From: an uncultured Verrucomicrobiae bacterium
Lineage (GTDB): Bacteria; Verrucomicrobiota; Verrucomicrobiia; Limisphaerales; Palsa-1400
DNA length: 64,000 nt
Assembly (NCBI GenBank): GCA_963764165.1
Contig: CAVXRD010000002.1
Location: 2,112,001-2,176,000, forward strand
Direction of reading: 5' to 3'
The position numbers were made by a program, and so were the translations under genes. Below the pieces are notes generated by a model that was given only the letters and a program-made list of their open reading frames with translations, searched no databases and was not told where the DNA came from. Below, one piece after another: positions 30,131 through 39,162 of the stretch; position 1 is the stretch's first letter; every line of letters begins with the position of its first letter.

Positions 30131-30313
30131 TCATTTCAGCCAGCGCGACATGTGTTTTCTGGCATTCTTATGCGAAACCACTCGCCCTTCCTCGATGGCT
30201 TGTTCAGCGCGGTCAATTTTTTCCAGGATAAGGATTGGGTCTCTGTCCTTGACCGCAGCGGCATTAATGTCCTTAGCCCTGCGTTTCAAAGTTGTTACCA
30301 ATTCCATCTTCAT
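30131..30313 (-). pseudogene. Phd/YefM-type antitoxin with apparent internal deletion; cognate toxin reduced to a stub
   Basis: MKMELVTTLKRRA...PILI joined directly to LEKIDRAEQAIEEGRVVSH...MSRWLK (60 aa); overlapping stub LAEMIWTGP at 30143-30117. Confidence 0.6.
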
Positions 30314-30397
30314 GATTGATACGTTTGTGACACTTCTCTCATAAAGGCAAGCTATCTGAGCGTGCTCCGGCGTGGGATGGCGCATTTCGGGTTTAGC

Positions 30398-30558
30398 AGC
30401 GCCAGAGGCGCGACATATTTGTAGTCGTCGTTCCCCCTGAAATCAAAGCCTCGTAGAGGTGACACCTGCTCTTCAGGCACTTGGGATGTGCCGCTCCTAC
30501 GGAGCTGGTTGTTCATTGGACTTGGTTGATCTACAAAGATTTCGCTCCTAGCGGAGCT
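30398..30558. repeat. REP/REPIN-like palindromic element (GCTCC-TAC-GGAGC hairpin class)
   Basis: Imperfect inverted ends agcgccagaggcgcgacatatttgtag / ctacaaagatttcgctcctagcggagct, plus two inner hairpins. Confidence 0.6.
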
Positions 30559-30642
30559 AATGAGTCAAAGGAACCTCGCGAGAGGCCTGATGGGGCGCAA
30601 AACTTTCCTCTGAGTGCTAAAGCTCTGAATCCCTCACTCAAC

Positions 30643-31455
30643 TCAGTTTCGGACCTGTTCATAAATATTTTTCAAAGCGTAAACAAAAAATCGGTGGGCC
30701 TTGATGGGCCCAATGGCGGTGGGGATGGCTTGGATGAGCGGGCCGTCGTATCCGATGATGACGACTTTGCCTTTGATCACGCTGGCCGGAACTTTTCCAG
30801 ATAGAAAGTCGTCAAACGGAATGTAGGCAAGATCATCCTTCGAGGGCAATTTGGCCACGCAGTATTGTTTGTCCAGCCGGAGGGTGTTTGTGCCAAAGGT
30901 CACATTGCCGTCAGGAGAAATCGTCGCGCGAGTTCCTATTGCCATTTCCATGCAACAGACGACCAACGATTTCACCGTGTTGGATTGGTAGGTTTCCAAG
31001 AGCGGCACGCGTGTCGTGTTAAAATCTACAAAGCCGACGTCGCTGGCGTTGGAGCAGAACATCGGCAGAGGAATCCAACCGACCTCGCCGGAGATTTGCC
31101 TGAGCGCGCGGACACCGGGCAAGGTGAAGCGGGCGGGCAGCGGATTCGGATGCGCTTCCGAATCATCCAGGCGCGCCTGGAGCACGACAGGTAAGTTCGT
31201 CATCGCGGCCGCCAGTGCGAGATCGGCCGCCGGGTCTTTCGGCTGGTCAAAAAAGAATTTCATCACCACGCCCTTCGCGCCAAGATCCGCCGCTTCACGA
31301 ATTGCCTTCGCTTCGAGCGTGCGATCAATTGGGAACGCCCCGTATTTGGCCTCCGCAGCAGCATCAATGAAAACCACCACGAAGTCCTCGTGAAACGAAG
31401 CGCCGAGCAACGTATTTGACACGAGACTCAACAGAAGCATGATCCGCCAATTCAT
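30643..31455 (-). CDS. Stand-alone exported CHASE2-domain protein
   Basis: Signal peptide; VVVFIDAAAEAKYGAFPIDR, GAKGVVMKFFFDQP, DLALAAAM, IKGKVVIIG. Confidence 0.7.
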   Translation of the reverse strand: MNWRIMLLLSLVSNTLLGASFHEDFVVVFIDAAAEAKYGAFPIDRTLEAKAIREAADLGAKGVVMKFFFDQPKDPAADLALAAAMTNLPVVLQARLDDSEAHPNPLPARFTLPGVRALRQISGEVGWIPLPMFCSNASDVGFVDFNTTRVPLLETYQSNTVKSLVVCCMEMAIGTRATISPDGNVTFGTNTLRLDKQYCVAKLPSKDDLAYIPFDDFLSGKVPASVIKGKVVIIGYDGPLIQAIPTAIGPIKAHRFFVYALKNIYEQVRN

Positions 31456-31706
31456 GAATGACGGTAAACAATGCCTTGAACGAGGATCATTAATCGCTTG
31501 GTTTCCTTCCTTTCGTCCTCGGTTATGTCATCCTTGGCAAATACCAGAATATCTTTCAGTGCAATTTCCAGCGCCCCATATCCGTCAGTCAGCCCATTTA
31601 GAGCGAAGTAACCCGGGAGAAAATGCGCCAACGGCCTAAGCGCGCGCCGGTCGCACCAACCATCAGCGAGCTTTTTCAGGTCACGGAAAAACTCATCGTT
31701 GTTCAT
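31452..31706 (-). CDS. Small hypothetical protein
   Basis: 84-aa ORF, stop overlapping the CHASE2 start and 9 bp downstream of hicB. Confidence 0.6.
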   Translation of the reverse strand: MNNDEFFRDLKKLADGWCDRRALRPLAHFLPGYFALNGLTDGYGALEIALKDILVFAKDDITEDERKETKRLMILVQGIVYRHS

Positions 31707-31715
31707 TCCGGGAAA

Positions 31716-32108
31716 TCATCGAGCCTTCCCAAATTTCGGATCGCCCGAAACGACCTGGCCACGATCTCTCCACGAAGGAATATTCGGAAGCGTCTGTTGT
31801 TCTCCCAAATGGCGGAAAAATTGAGCAACCGCTTCACGAACGCGCCGTTCAAATTCTAGTTGCAACGAGGCATTGGCGGCATTTTCGGTCTTTTGCAAGA
31901 ACTCGAGCGTGAACGGCTTTGGAATTTCCCGGCCCTCTTCCCTGGCCGTTTCCAGCCATTCTTGCATTACAATCTGTATATTCTTAAGGGCTTCATCAGG
32001 CGTTTCTCCGTCAGCGAGGCAACCAGGAAGTTCGCGCACAGTGGAAAGATAAAGGCCGTCTTCCTCGCTCCAGATCATTTCGATTGAATATTTATTTTCC
32101 GATGCCAT
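31716..32108 (-). CDS. hicB: HicB-family antitoxin
   Basis: YSIEMIWSEEDGLYLSTVRELPGCLADGETPDEALKN...WLETAREEGREIPKP. Confidence 0.9.
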   Translation of the reverse strand: MASENKYSIEMIWSEEDGLYLSTVRELPGCLADGETPDEALKNIQIVMQEWLETAREEGREIPKPFTLEFLQKTENAANASLQLEFERRVREAVAQFFRHLGEQQTLPNIPSWRDRGQVVSGDPKFGKAR

Positions 32109-32343
32109 AAGCAGTCACTAAATTTCGCACCTGCCGAACTTGATATTTTTTTGCTTTTCCATTCCTGTCCTCTTGAAGATTAATGATTTCCCGGACGTTG
32201 GGATGAGTGAAGATGTGGTGGCTCCCTTTTATGCGTTCCCGAAAACCCAAATTCGTAAGCATAGTGCAAATCTCTCCGAAACCGATATTTGAGTCCGAGT
32301 TTCCACTAAGAATCTGATCTCGCGTCTTTTCCCATCGGCTCAT
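32092..32343 (-). CDS. hicA: HicA-family toxin
   Basis: LGFRERIKGSHHIFTHP...GKAKKYQVRQV; overlaps hicB. Confidence 0.88.
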   Translation of the reverse strand: MSRWEKTRDQILSGNSDSNIGFGEICTMLTNLGFRERIKGSHHIFTHPNVREIINLQEDRNGKAKKYQVRQVRNLVTAYGIGK

Positions 32344-32481
32344 TTGTAGAATTGACGCGCATTGTTAACATCCTAGCAAGATCAGTCAATTGATTAAATC
32401 GGCTCAGTCTCGGTCAAACTTAATCGCGTGTTCGAGATTTTGCAACCGAGCACACGCCAACAACAACCGCTGGGCCGGTCA

Positions 32482-33030
32482 CTAGGCTGCTTCCAAAACC
32501 GTCCTCGGCGCGAGTTCCGATTTGGGGGCGATGTAGAATTGTTCGGGTTGATCGAAACGAAGGCCGGCTTGGGTTAGTTGTTCGGCGGTCAATTTTTCGC
32601 GGTCGGCGAGGAGGGCTTTCTTGTCGAGTTCGGGTTCGGGGGTGTGGAGGTAGCGCTTGCCCCAATCCGTCGATTCGAGGCGGCGGGCGATGGCGCTCCA
32701 ATTTTCTTTGCGCGATGTTCTTTGCACGCTGGGCGGTTCGGTGCGGAAACCGACGGTGGCCATGAGGAAATCGATGGACTTTTTGCCGGGAAACAGTTGC
32801 GCGCGATGTGCGCGGCAGAAAGTGAAGACGCCGGCTTCGCGGATTTCGATTTGCTTGGCGAGGATGGCCATTTCTCCCTGACGGCGCTCCTGCACGCGGG
32901 CCATTTCCAATTCCATTTCAGAGCGGGCGGCGGCGAGTTGAAACTTCAAGGCCGCGACTTCCGCGACGGCGGCATCCAGGCCTTCCCTTGTGGCGATGGG
33001 GGTGAATTCGAGGGTGTCTTTTTTGTTCAT
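32482..33030 (-). CDS. gam: Mu Gam-like host-nuclease inhibitor / DNA end-binding protein
   Basis: Coiled-coil N-terminus, then FCRAHRAQLFPGKKSIDFLMATVGFRTEPPSV, PELDKKALL, AGLRFDQPEQFYIAP. Confidence 0.85.
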   Translation of the reverse strand: MNKKDTLEFTPIATREGLDAAVAEVAALKFQLAAARSEMELEMARVQERRQGEMAILAKQIEIREAGVFTFCRAHRAQLFPGKKSIDFLMATVGFRTEPPSVQRTSRKENWSAIARRLESTDWGKRYLHTPEPELDKKALLADREKLTAEQLTQAGLRFDQPEQFYIAPKSELAPRTVLEAA

Positions 33031-33051
33031 AATGAGATTTCCGGTTGTGGC

Positions 33052-33447
33052 TTAGTTGTTGGCGAAGGCGGGTTTCTCCAATTCAACAAGCAGGTGGGTG
33101 CGGCGGCGGATTTGCGCGGCGTCGAGCGGGCGGCGCTGTTTCCAACGGCGCCAATCTTCGACTGTGGCAAGCAGCACAGGGACGACCCGGGTGCGATGGG
33201 CGAGAACCTTGACGAAACGCACCCGGTCTTTGTCCAGTGCGCCGGCCGCGACGAGAACTGCGCCGCGATGCTGAAGTGTCTGGGCGTATGGCGTGGAAAG
33301 GCGATAGCCGGACGGCGCGAGCACCACGACGATGCGTTGCGGATCGCCGAGAAGTTTGGCGCGGCATTCCTGGACGGCTTCCAGGACGTCGGCCAGAAAG
33401 CCGGTGTTAGGTGAATTGGAGTCGGTTGCTTTTTGTGTCGTTTTCAT
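33052..33447 (-). CDS. Hypothetical protein (operon with gam)
   Basis: 131-aa ORF tightly spaced between neighbours. Confidence 0.6.
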   Translation of the reverse strand: MKTTQKATDSNSPNTGFLADVLEAVQECRAKLLGDPQRIVVVLAPSGYRLSTPYAQTLQHRGAVLVAAGALDKDRVRFVKVLAHRTRVVPVLLATVEDWRRWKQRRPLDAAQIRRRTHLLVELEKPAFANN

Positions 33448-33452
33448 TGGAA

Positions 33453-33689
33453 TCAGTTATTTGATTTTGAGTTTTGGACGTGTTCGGCGCAGGCGCGGTG
33501 CTGTTCGAGATGTTCGAGCATCACGGAAATGGATTCGGCGTATCGGGAGTTCGGACACGCAGCCAGTAATGCCGCCAAAAGCCGCCTCCGCGCCTGAATG
33601 GAGTCCGGCAGGGTCATCACCGCGTGCAGCGCCAAAATATCGTTTGCCACCGCGCTTTTTCTGTTGCTTTTGCCTTGGTGAGGCGTCAT
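33453..33689 (-). CDS. Small hypothetical phage-like protein, first gene of the gam operon
   Basis: ATG at 33689, directly below the operator cluster. Confidence 0.6.
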   Translation of the reverse strand: MTPHQGKSNRKSAVANDILALHAVMTLPDSIQARRRLLAALLAACPNSRYAESISVMLEHLEQHRACAEHVQNSKSNN

Positions 33690-33691
33690 GT

Positions 33692-33750
33692 TGTTACTGG
33701 ATAACATTTGTTATTGAATCACGTCAACGAAAAAATGTGATTGGATAACA
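33692..33750. promoter_or_regulatory. Three related 15-bp dyad operators between divergent genes
   Basis: tgttactggataaca (33692-33706), tgttattgaatcacg (33709-33723), tgtgattggataaca (33736-33750); leftward -35 TTGACG at 33727-33722. Confidence 0.75.
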
Positions 33751-33761
33751 ATTTTCTCAAA

Positions 33762-34142
33762 ATGGATGCGGAAAAGGCAGAATTTAAGCGGCTGATGGAT
33801 CTCATGGGTTGGTCCCAAACCGAGGCGGCGCGGCGTTTGCACAAGACGCCGAGCGCCATCAATCATCTTATCAATCCGGAACATCCCAACAAGCCCACCC
33901 AGACGACGATGCAGCTCTTGAAATTGATTATCGCGAGCGAGCGTCCAGAATTGATTAACTCCAAGACTTTTGAGTTAAAGGAAGGGCCGCTGGCCGCCCC
34001 CGAGGCAGCCGGATTGACACCCCGGGAACGGGAGATGCTACTTAAACTGAAGCAATTGCCCGAATCAGAGCAGGAGAAAGTTTATGCGGTCATACTAGCC
34101 CTGCTCGGGACTTCCGGAAAACCAGGAAAAACAAAAAATTAA
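33762..34142 (+). CDS. XRE/cI-like HTH repressor without peptidase domain
   Basis: LMDLMGWSQTEAARRLHKTPSAINHLIN HTH; C-terminal LTPREREMLLKLKQLPESEQEKV. Confidence 0.8.
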   Translation: MDAEKAEFKRLMDLMGWSQTEAARRLHKTPSAINHLINPEHPNKPTQTTMQLLKLIIASERPELINSKTFELKEGPLAAPEAAGLTPREREMLLKLKQLPESEQEKVYAVILALLGTSGKPGKTKN

Positions 34143-34325
34143 TCTGGAGCACCCGAACTCGGGAAATGAGGCTGCAAAAAGAGAATCTCCCGTCCTTCAT
34201 TTTCCACCAGATGGGACTAATGCGAATGATGGAAGTTATTGAGTTCCCAATTCAATCGCTTGAACTTCAGATTCGCGCGATTCCAACTTTGGCCTCTTTT
34301 CCTGAGTGCGGTCGTTCCAGATAAA

Positions 34326-34610
34326 TCAACTTACCGGAACCAGCGAGACGCGTTCGCCCTTGTCGTTGCGCGTGACGCCTTGGGCTTTGGGATCAAGCGT
34401 GATCACTCCGTCGACAAGAAAGGCGTAGCGATGATGGCCGTGCTTCAATTCGAGGGTAAGCAGCCAGGAACGATCCGTTCCCTGTCTCATCGGGTTCGCC
34501 TTGGGATCCCAATTGTTGAAGTCCCCGACCATGCAGACGTGGGCCGCTTGGGGGGCGTGGCAAATAAAATTAATGGCGCGCAGGGGCTTTTGGTAACCGG
34601 CTGATCTCAT
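34326..34610 (-). CDS. Stand-alone CBM48 / isoamylase early-set glycogen-binding protein
   Basis: APQAAHVCMVGDFNNWDP..PM...W...L..GHHRYAFLVDG...DP. Confidence 0.85.
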   Translation of the reverse strand: MRSAGYQKPLRAINFICHAPQAAHVCMVGDFNNWDPKANPMRQGTDRSWLLTLELKHGHHRYAFLVDGVITLDPKAQGVTRNDKGERVSLVPVS

Positions 34611-34651
34611 ATCCTTTCAAAAATCCCGGTAACTTTCAGGGCTTTGCCCGC

Positions 34652-35584
34652 TCACGTCAAGTGGTTCTGCAAAATAGTGAAGGCGGCCCGACGGACGTGC
34701 TCCGAACGCGCCTCGATCTGCCGGTATTGCTCCACCCAATCGCCGCGGAATTGATTGCGTTCGCGCCATTTGGATTTGAGCACGCGCTCGGTGCGCTCGA
34801 CCTGCTGCATGGCGGGCGCGAGTGATTCGCGGCCTTCGGGCAAATCAGAAATGTTGCCCACTGAAAACCGGCTAATGCGCTTCTTGCCGAAGATGGCGTG
34901 GAGCAGGATAACGACGGTTTGCTCGTAAGGATACCATCGGTGCATCAGGACCTCGCGGAGAAAACTGTGCCGGATGGCGAAAAATTCGGAGCGCGGGCGT
35001 TCCGTGAATTGGCGGATTTCCTGAGCCTCCGTTGGAAACCATGTGTAGAGCAGGGCGAATGTTCCGTAGGTATCGATAAGATATTTTGAATTGGCGTGGC
35101 TCGCCGAAATTTCGCCAACGCAAAAATCCTGGTCGAGTTCCTGAATGATTTCCGGGAGATCGTGCAGCCCGCCCAGCACCTCGTGGCCGCAGGAACTGCC
35201 ATAATTGAAATCGCCGGGGATGAGCCAATAGACGTCGTTTTCCGCCCCGCGCTCAAAGGCGGCGCCCAACCCTTCGTACCACATCTGGCAGGTGTCGACG
35301 CTCCATGTGTCCAGAATATCGGAGTGCTTCAAAACCGTCTTTTCGCGAAAATCAATAAACGCCTGATGGCCTTCCATCGTGTAAAAAGTCTTGCGATCCA
35401 TCACGGTCATGGGGCGTGTGTAAATATCCGGTGCGGCCGCAAGGCGGGCGACCAATCCGTAAAGCGCTTCCAGGTCCGTGTAATCGGCCGGCTGCTTGAA
35501 CGGGTAAATGATGACGGGATGAATCTTGCCCGTGGCGGACGGCTTGGCTTTAGTTCCGCGGGCGCTTTTCGCGGTCGTTTTCAT
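34652..35584 (-). CDS. Hypothetical protein, possibly GT-A-fold
   Basis: 310-aa ORF with normal codon use; IPGDF and RPRSEFFAI loosely recall GT-A motifs. Confidence 0.6.
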   Translation of the reverse strand: MKTTAKSARGTKAKPSATGKIHPVIIYPFKQPADYTDLEALYGLVARLAAAPDIYTRPMTVMDRKTFYTMEGHQAFIDFREKTVLKHSDILDTWSVDTCQMWYEGLGAAFERGAENDVYWLIPGDFNYGSSCGHEVLGGLHDLPEIIQELDQDFCVGEISASHANSKYLIDTYGTFALLYTWFPTEAQEIRQFTERPRSEFFAIRHSFLREVLMHRWYPYEQTVVILLHAIFGKKRISRFSVGNISDLPEGRESLAPAMQQVERTERVLKSKWRERNQFRGDWVEQYRQIEARSEHVRRAAFTILQNHLT

Positions 35585-35665
35585 AGTCGTTTAGTCAACG
35601 AACCCACCGATTGGGATTGTGCTGGCACTGTAAGCGCGTGACGCGACGGATGGCAATGTATTTCG

Positions 35666-36979
35666 CTAATTCAGCGAAACGCCCCGCCGAATGTATGTCG
35701 GCACGTCTAAATCCTCGCCGTTGCGGATCGTTGGATCGCTCTTTTCGAAGCGGCCTTTGTGGATGATTTCCAGCGGCAACTCTTTTTGCAGGCGCGACGT
35801 GATGCGCTTGCGCGAGCGGCTGGAATGACCGCGCATGAGCTGCTCTTTTTTCTCGGGCGACAGTTCTGGCGGCGGGGCGACGAAACGCGAAGCGGGCGGG
35901 CGCTCGGATTTGGCGGGATCGAGAAATTGCATGCTCTCCAGGCTTTCCACAATCGGCTCGCTGGCGGACGCGCGCGTGCTTTGCGGCGCGGGCACGTGTT
36001 CCTCCTCGGGACGGCGCGAGGACGCGATCAAGGTCACGGAGAGGCGGCCGGCAAATGCTTCGTCGATGGCCGCGCCGAAAATGATGTGGGCGTTTTCACT
36101 TTGGCGATGGATCGGCTCCATCAATTTGTGAATCTCGCTCATCAAAATATCCGGCCCGCCCACCACGCTGACCAGCAGCGCGTCGGATTCCGTCAAAATA
36201 TGGCCGCTGTCCAACAACGGATGGGCAAGCAGTTTTTCGATGACTTGCTCGACGCGCTTTTCGCCGGAGGCTTCCGCAGTGGCGAAAAATCCAGCGGCGT
36301 GACGACCGCGTGTCACAGAGCAAAGATCGGCGAAATCGACATTGATCAAACCGGTCTGCGTCAGCATGCGCCAAATGCCGCGCAATCCATCGGCCAGGAG
36401 CGCGTTGCTGATTTTGAATGCTTCGAGCACGCTCGTGTTGTCATCGAGCATCTTGGAAAGTTTCTGGTTCGGCAGGCAAATGACAACGTCGGCGTGGGTC
36501 TTGACGAATTTCAAGCCAGCCTGGGCCTGGCTTTGGCGGCGGGTGCCTTCGAATTCGAACGGCAGCGTAACCAGCGCAAGCACGAGCGCGCCGCATTCTC
36601 TCGCGATGCGCGCGAAGACCGGCGCGGCGCCGGTGCCGGTGCCTCCGCCCAACCCCGCGAGTAAAAAAACAATATCCGCTCCGGTGCAAAACGAGCGAAT
36701 TTTCTCGGCATCCTCCTCAGCCGAGGTGCGGCCCAATTCAGGATCGCCTCCTGCGCCCAAGCCGCGCGTTTTGGTCGCGCCCAGCACAAATCGATTTGTC
36801 GCGGCGCACGCTTCAAGCGATTGGGAATCCGTATTGACAGCGAGAAATTCCACCCCGGCGAAACCCGCCTGCGAGGCAAAGCCAGCGGCATTGCAGCCGG
36901 CGCCGCCCAGACCGAAAACTTTCAGGACGAGTTTTTTCTGAACAGCCGGCTCCACGGGTTGGTCAAGAGGTGCGCTCAT
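35666..36979 (-). CDS. ftsZ: Cell division GTPase FtsZ
   Basis: GLGGAGCNA, GAGGDPELG, GLGGGTGTG, INVDFAD, C-terminal DLDVPTYIRR. Confidence 0.98.
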   Translation of the reverse strand: MSAPLDQPVEPAVQKKLVLKVFGLGGAGCNAAGFASQAGFAGVEFLAVNTDSQSLEACAATNRFVLGATKTRGLGAGGDPELGRTSAEEDAEKIRSFCTGADIVFLLAGLGGGTGTGAAPVFARIARECGALVLALVTLPFEFEGTRRQSQAQAGLKFVKTHADVVICLPNQKLSKMLDDNTSVLEAFKISNALLADGLRGIWRMLTQTGLINVDFADLCSVTRGRHAAGFFATAEASGEKRVEQVIEKLLAHPLLDSGHILTESDALLVSVVGGPDILMSEIHKLMEPIHRQSENAHIIFGAAIDEAFAGRLSVTLIASSRRPEEEHVPAPQSTRASASEPIVESLESMQFLDPAKSERPPASRFVAPPPELSPEKKEQLMRGHSSRSRKRITSRLQKELPLEIIHKGRFEKSDPTIRNGEDLDVPTYIRRGVSLN

Positions 36980-36985
36980 GGTTGC

Positions 36986-38203
36986 TTATTTTTTGAAGAT
37001 TTCCGCGATGGTTTTGGCGATGCCGCCCGCCAATCCGCCCGCGGGTTTGCGTTTCTGCTGCAGCGAGCCGAATTTCACCAGGCCGATGGCCGTGGCAAAT
37101 TCCGGTTGATCCAGGGCGGATTTCAAGCTGCTGATGGAATTCGTCTTTCCCAGAAATACGGGCATCTGGAAAACATTTTCCGCGAGCGTTTGGATTCCCG
37201 GGATGCGCGCGCCGCCGCCGCACAGAAAAACACCAGCGCGCAGCCGGTCGAGCAATTCGAGACCGGCCAGTTCCGCTTCGATCAATTCAAACGTCTCCTC
37301 GAGGCGCAGCGACATGATGCGCCGAAGATGTTCGACGTTGATGATTTTTTGCGGCATCCCCAAGTCGCCCTCGGAGGAAATCGTCTGGCCTTTGACGGAA
37401 TCATCGACAAATGCGCCGCCGCGCTCGATCTTCAATTGTTCGGCGCGGCCGAGCGGGACTTTCAAGCCGTAGGCGAGATCGTTGGAAATGTGATCGCCTC
37501 CGACTGCCAGCACGCCCGTGTGCTTGATAATGCCGTTGTGCGCGACGACGTATTCAGTCGCGCCCGCGCCAATGTCGATGACCAGCGAGCCGATTTCTTT
37601 CTGCTCGTTGGAGAGCAGCGCAAGCGCCGAAGCCAAACCGTTGAAGACAATCTCCTCAACTTCCAATTGCAAGCTGCGCACCACCGCCACCGAATTTTTC
37701 AAACGGTTGACATGGCCGTGGACCACGTGAACATCCACTTCCACTTTCCCGCCATACATTCCGACCGGATTTTGCACGCCGAGCTGTTCGTCGACTTTGA
37801 ACAATTGGCGGATGGCATGCACCACCGTATTGTCCATGGGCAAGTTGATCGCCTTGGCGTTTTTAATGACATCTTGCACGTCTTCTTTTGTAATTTCGCG
37901 ATCGGCGGAGACGATTTGGTGGACGCCATGGTTGTTGAAACCGCGAACGTGATTTCCGGTCACGCCGAGATAGACGCTGCGAATTTCCGCGTTGGCCATT
38001 TGCTCGGCCTCCACGATGGCGTTGCGGACATCTTCGCTGGCGAGACCCGCATCGGCGATCTCGCCTTTGCGCACGCCGCGCGAGCGCGCCTGGCCGAGGC
38101 CGATGATGTTCAGCGTGTTGCCGGCGGTAATTTCGCCTGCCACCACGCAGATTTTCGAGGTGCCAATTTCCAGGCCGACGATGATGGACGACGAATCAAA
38201 CAT
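36986..38203 (-). CDS. ftsA: Cell division protein FtsA
   Basis: GLEIGTSKI, IDIGAGAT, VGGDHISNDL, CGGGA, FATAIGL. Confidence 0.97.
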   Translation of the reverse strand: MFDSSSIIVGLEIGTSKICVVAGEITAGNTLNIIGLGQARSRGVRKGEIADAGLASEDVRNAIVEAEQMANAEIRSVYLGVTGNHVRGFNNHGVHQIVSADREITKEDVQDVIKNAKAINLPMDNTVVHAIRQLFKVDEQLGVQNPVGMYGGKVEVDVHVVHGHVNRLKNSVAVVRSLQLEVEEIVFNGLASALALLSNEQKEIGSLVIDIGAGATEYVVAHNGIIKHTGVLAVGGDHISNDLAYGLKVPLGRAEQLKIERGGAFVDDSVKGQTISSEGDLGMPQKIINVEHLRRIMSLRLEETFELIEAELAGLELLDRLRAGVFLCGGGARIPGIQTLAENVFQMPVFLGKTNSISSLKSALDQPEFATAIGLVKFGSLQQKRKPAGGLAGGIAKTIAEIFKK

Positions 38204-39161
38204 GTTTCCTTTTCGGGCGCGCGGGTTTAATCGGGTGCGGGGCAACGGGCGGGACGGAGTTCGCCGCCACCGAATGCACCGGCAAATTGTTGGAGATGGA
38301 CAGGTCCAAGGTCGCGATGGCTCTTCCGCTCTGCTGGAATAAATCATAAATCAAACGCCAATGGCGCAATTGCGTGTCGAAGTGCGCGAGCGAAAATGTG
38401 ATTTCCGCTTTTTGCGTGGTCGTCACTTTCAAAACATCCGGCAGCGAAACATCGATGCGCTCCAATTCCACCATGCCCGTCATCGGCGAATGGTCGAATT
38501 CGGAAATAAGCGCGAGCGCGGCGAGGATCGGCGGCGAGGTCACTTGGTGGCCCGGTTGCGGTTCAGTCGGGGACACGCCCACCAAAATCGGCAGGCGTTC
38601 GTTGGCCGCAGGCAGCGCGGTGCGCCAGGCAGGATCGATTGGGCGCATCACATAGCCGGCCTCGTCGAAATCGAAAACGGCGAAGTCGGCGGCGCCATTG
38701 GGACGCATGAATTGCACCAGTGTTTGCGCGATGGGTTCGCGCTCGTTGACAATTAACTTAAGCGTGTGCGGAAGGACGCGTTCCACGGCGACGAATTGAA
38801 TCGGCGGCTGCGCTTCAAGGTCGCGTTTGACGCGCATCAAATCGAGCGCCATCAAATTTTCGCCGAGATGAACTCGCGCCCAGCCGCGAATCGCGCCGGA
38901 ATTCAGGACGCCGTCGGTCTCGACTTCGATTTGCTGGATGGCGAAAGAGTCGTTTTGGTAGACGAGGCCGTCGAGCACCCATTGCCCGCCACGCCAGACA
39001 ACAATGGAAATCACGGCCACGCTCAGCAGCAGCAGCACGCCGAAGCCGGCGGTGCGAACCTGGGCCGCGCGGTTCATGCTTGTGCGCAACTTTATGTCAA
39101 GCACATGCTCGCGATCTGGCGCGCGCCGGTTCTTTCGTTTTCCGAACAGCCGTCTGAACAT
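38196..39161 (-). CDS. ftsQ: FtsQ/DivIB (TM plus POTRA)
   Basis: N-terminal TM, POTRA with VERVLPHTLKLIVNEREPIA; position between ddl and ftsA. Confidence 0.9.
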   Translation of the reverse strand: MFRRLFGKRKNRRAPDREHVLDIKLRTSMNRAAQVRTAGFGVLLLLSVAVISIVVWRGGQWVLDGLVYQNDSFAIQQIEVETDGVLNSGAIRGWARVHLGENLMALDLMRVKRDLEAQPPIQFVAVERVLPHTLKLIVNEREPIAQTLVQFMRPNGAADFAVFDFDEAGYVMRPIDPAWRTALPAANERLPILVGVSPTEPQPGHQVTSPPILAALALISEFDHSPMTGMVELERIDVSLPDVLKVTTTQKAEITFSLAHFDTQLRHWRLIYDLFQQSGRAIATLDLSISNNLPVHSVAANSVPPVAPHPIKPARPKRKHV

Positions 39162-39162
39162 A

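Noticed and set aside
29050..32400. Run of small TA, immunity and hypothetical genes as an integron cassette array
   Set aside because: I could not find convincing attC sites (RYYYAAC...GTTRRRY) or an integron integrase; IntegronFinder would settle it.
32482..34142. An intact Mu-like prophage
   Set aside because: No transposase A/B, terminase, portal, capsid or tail genes in the window.
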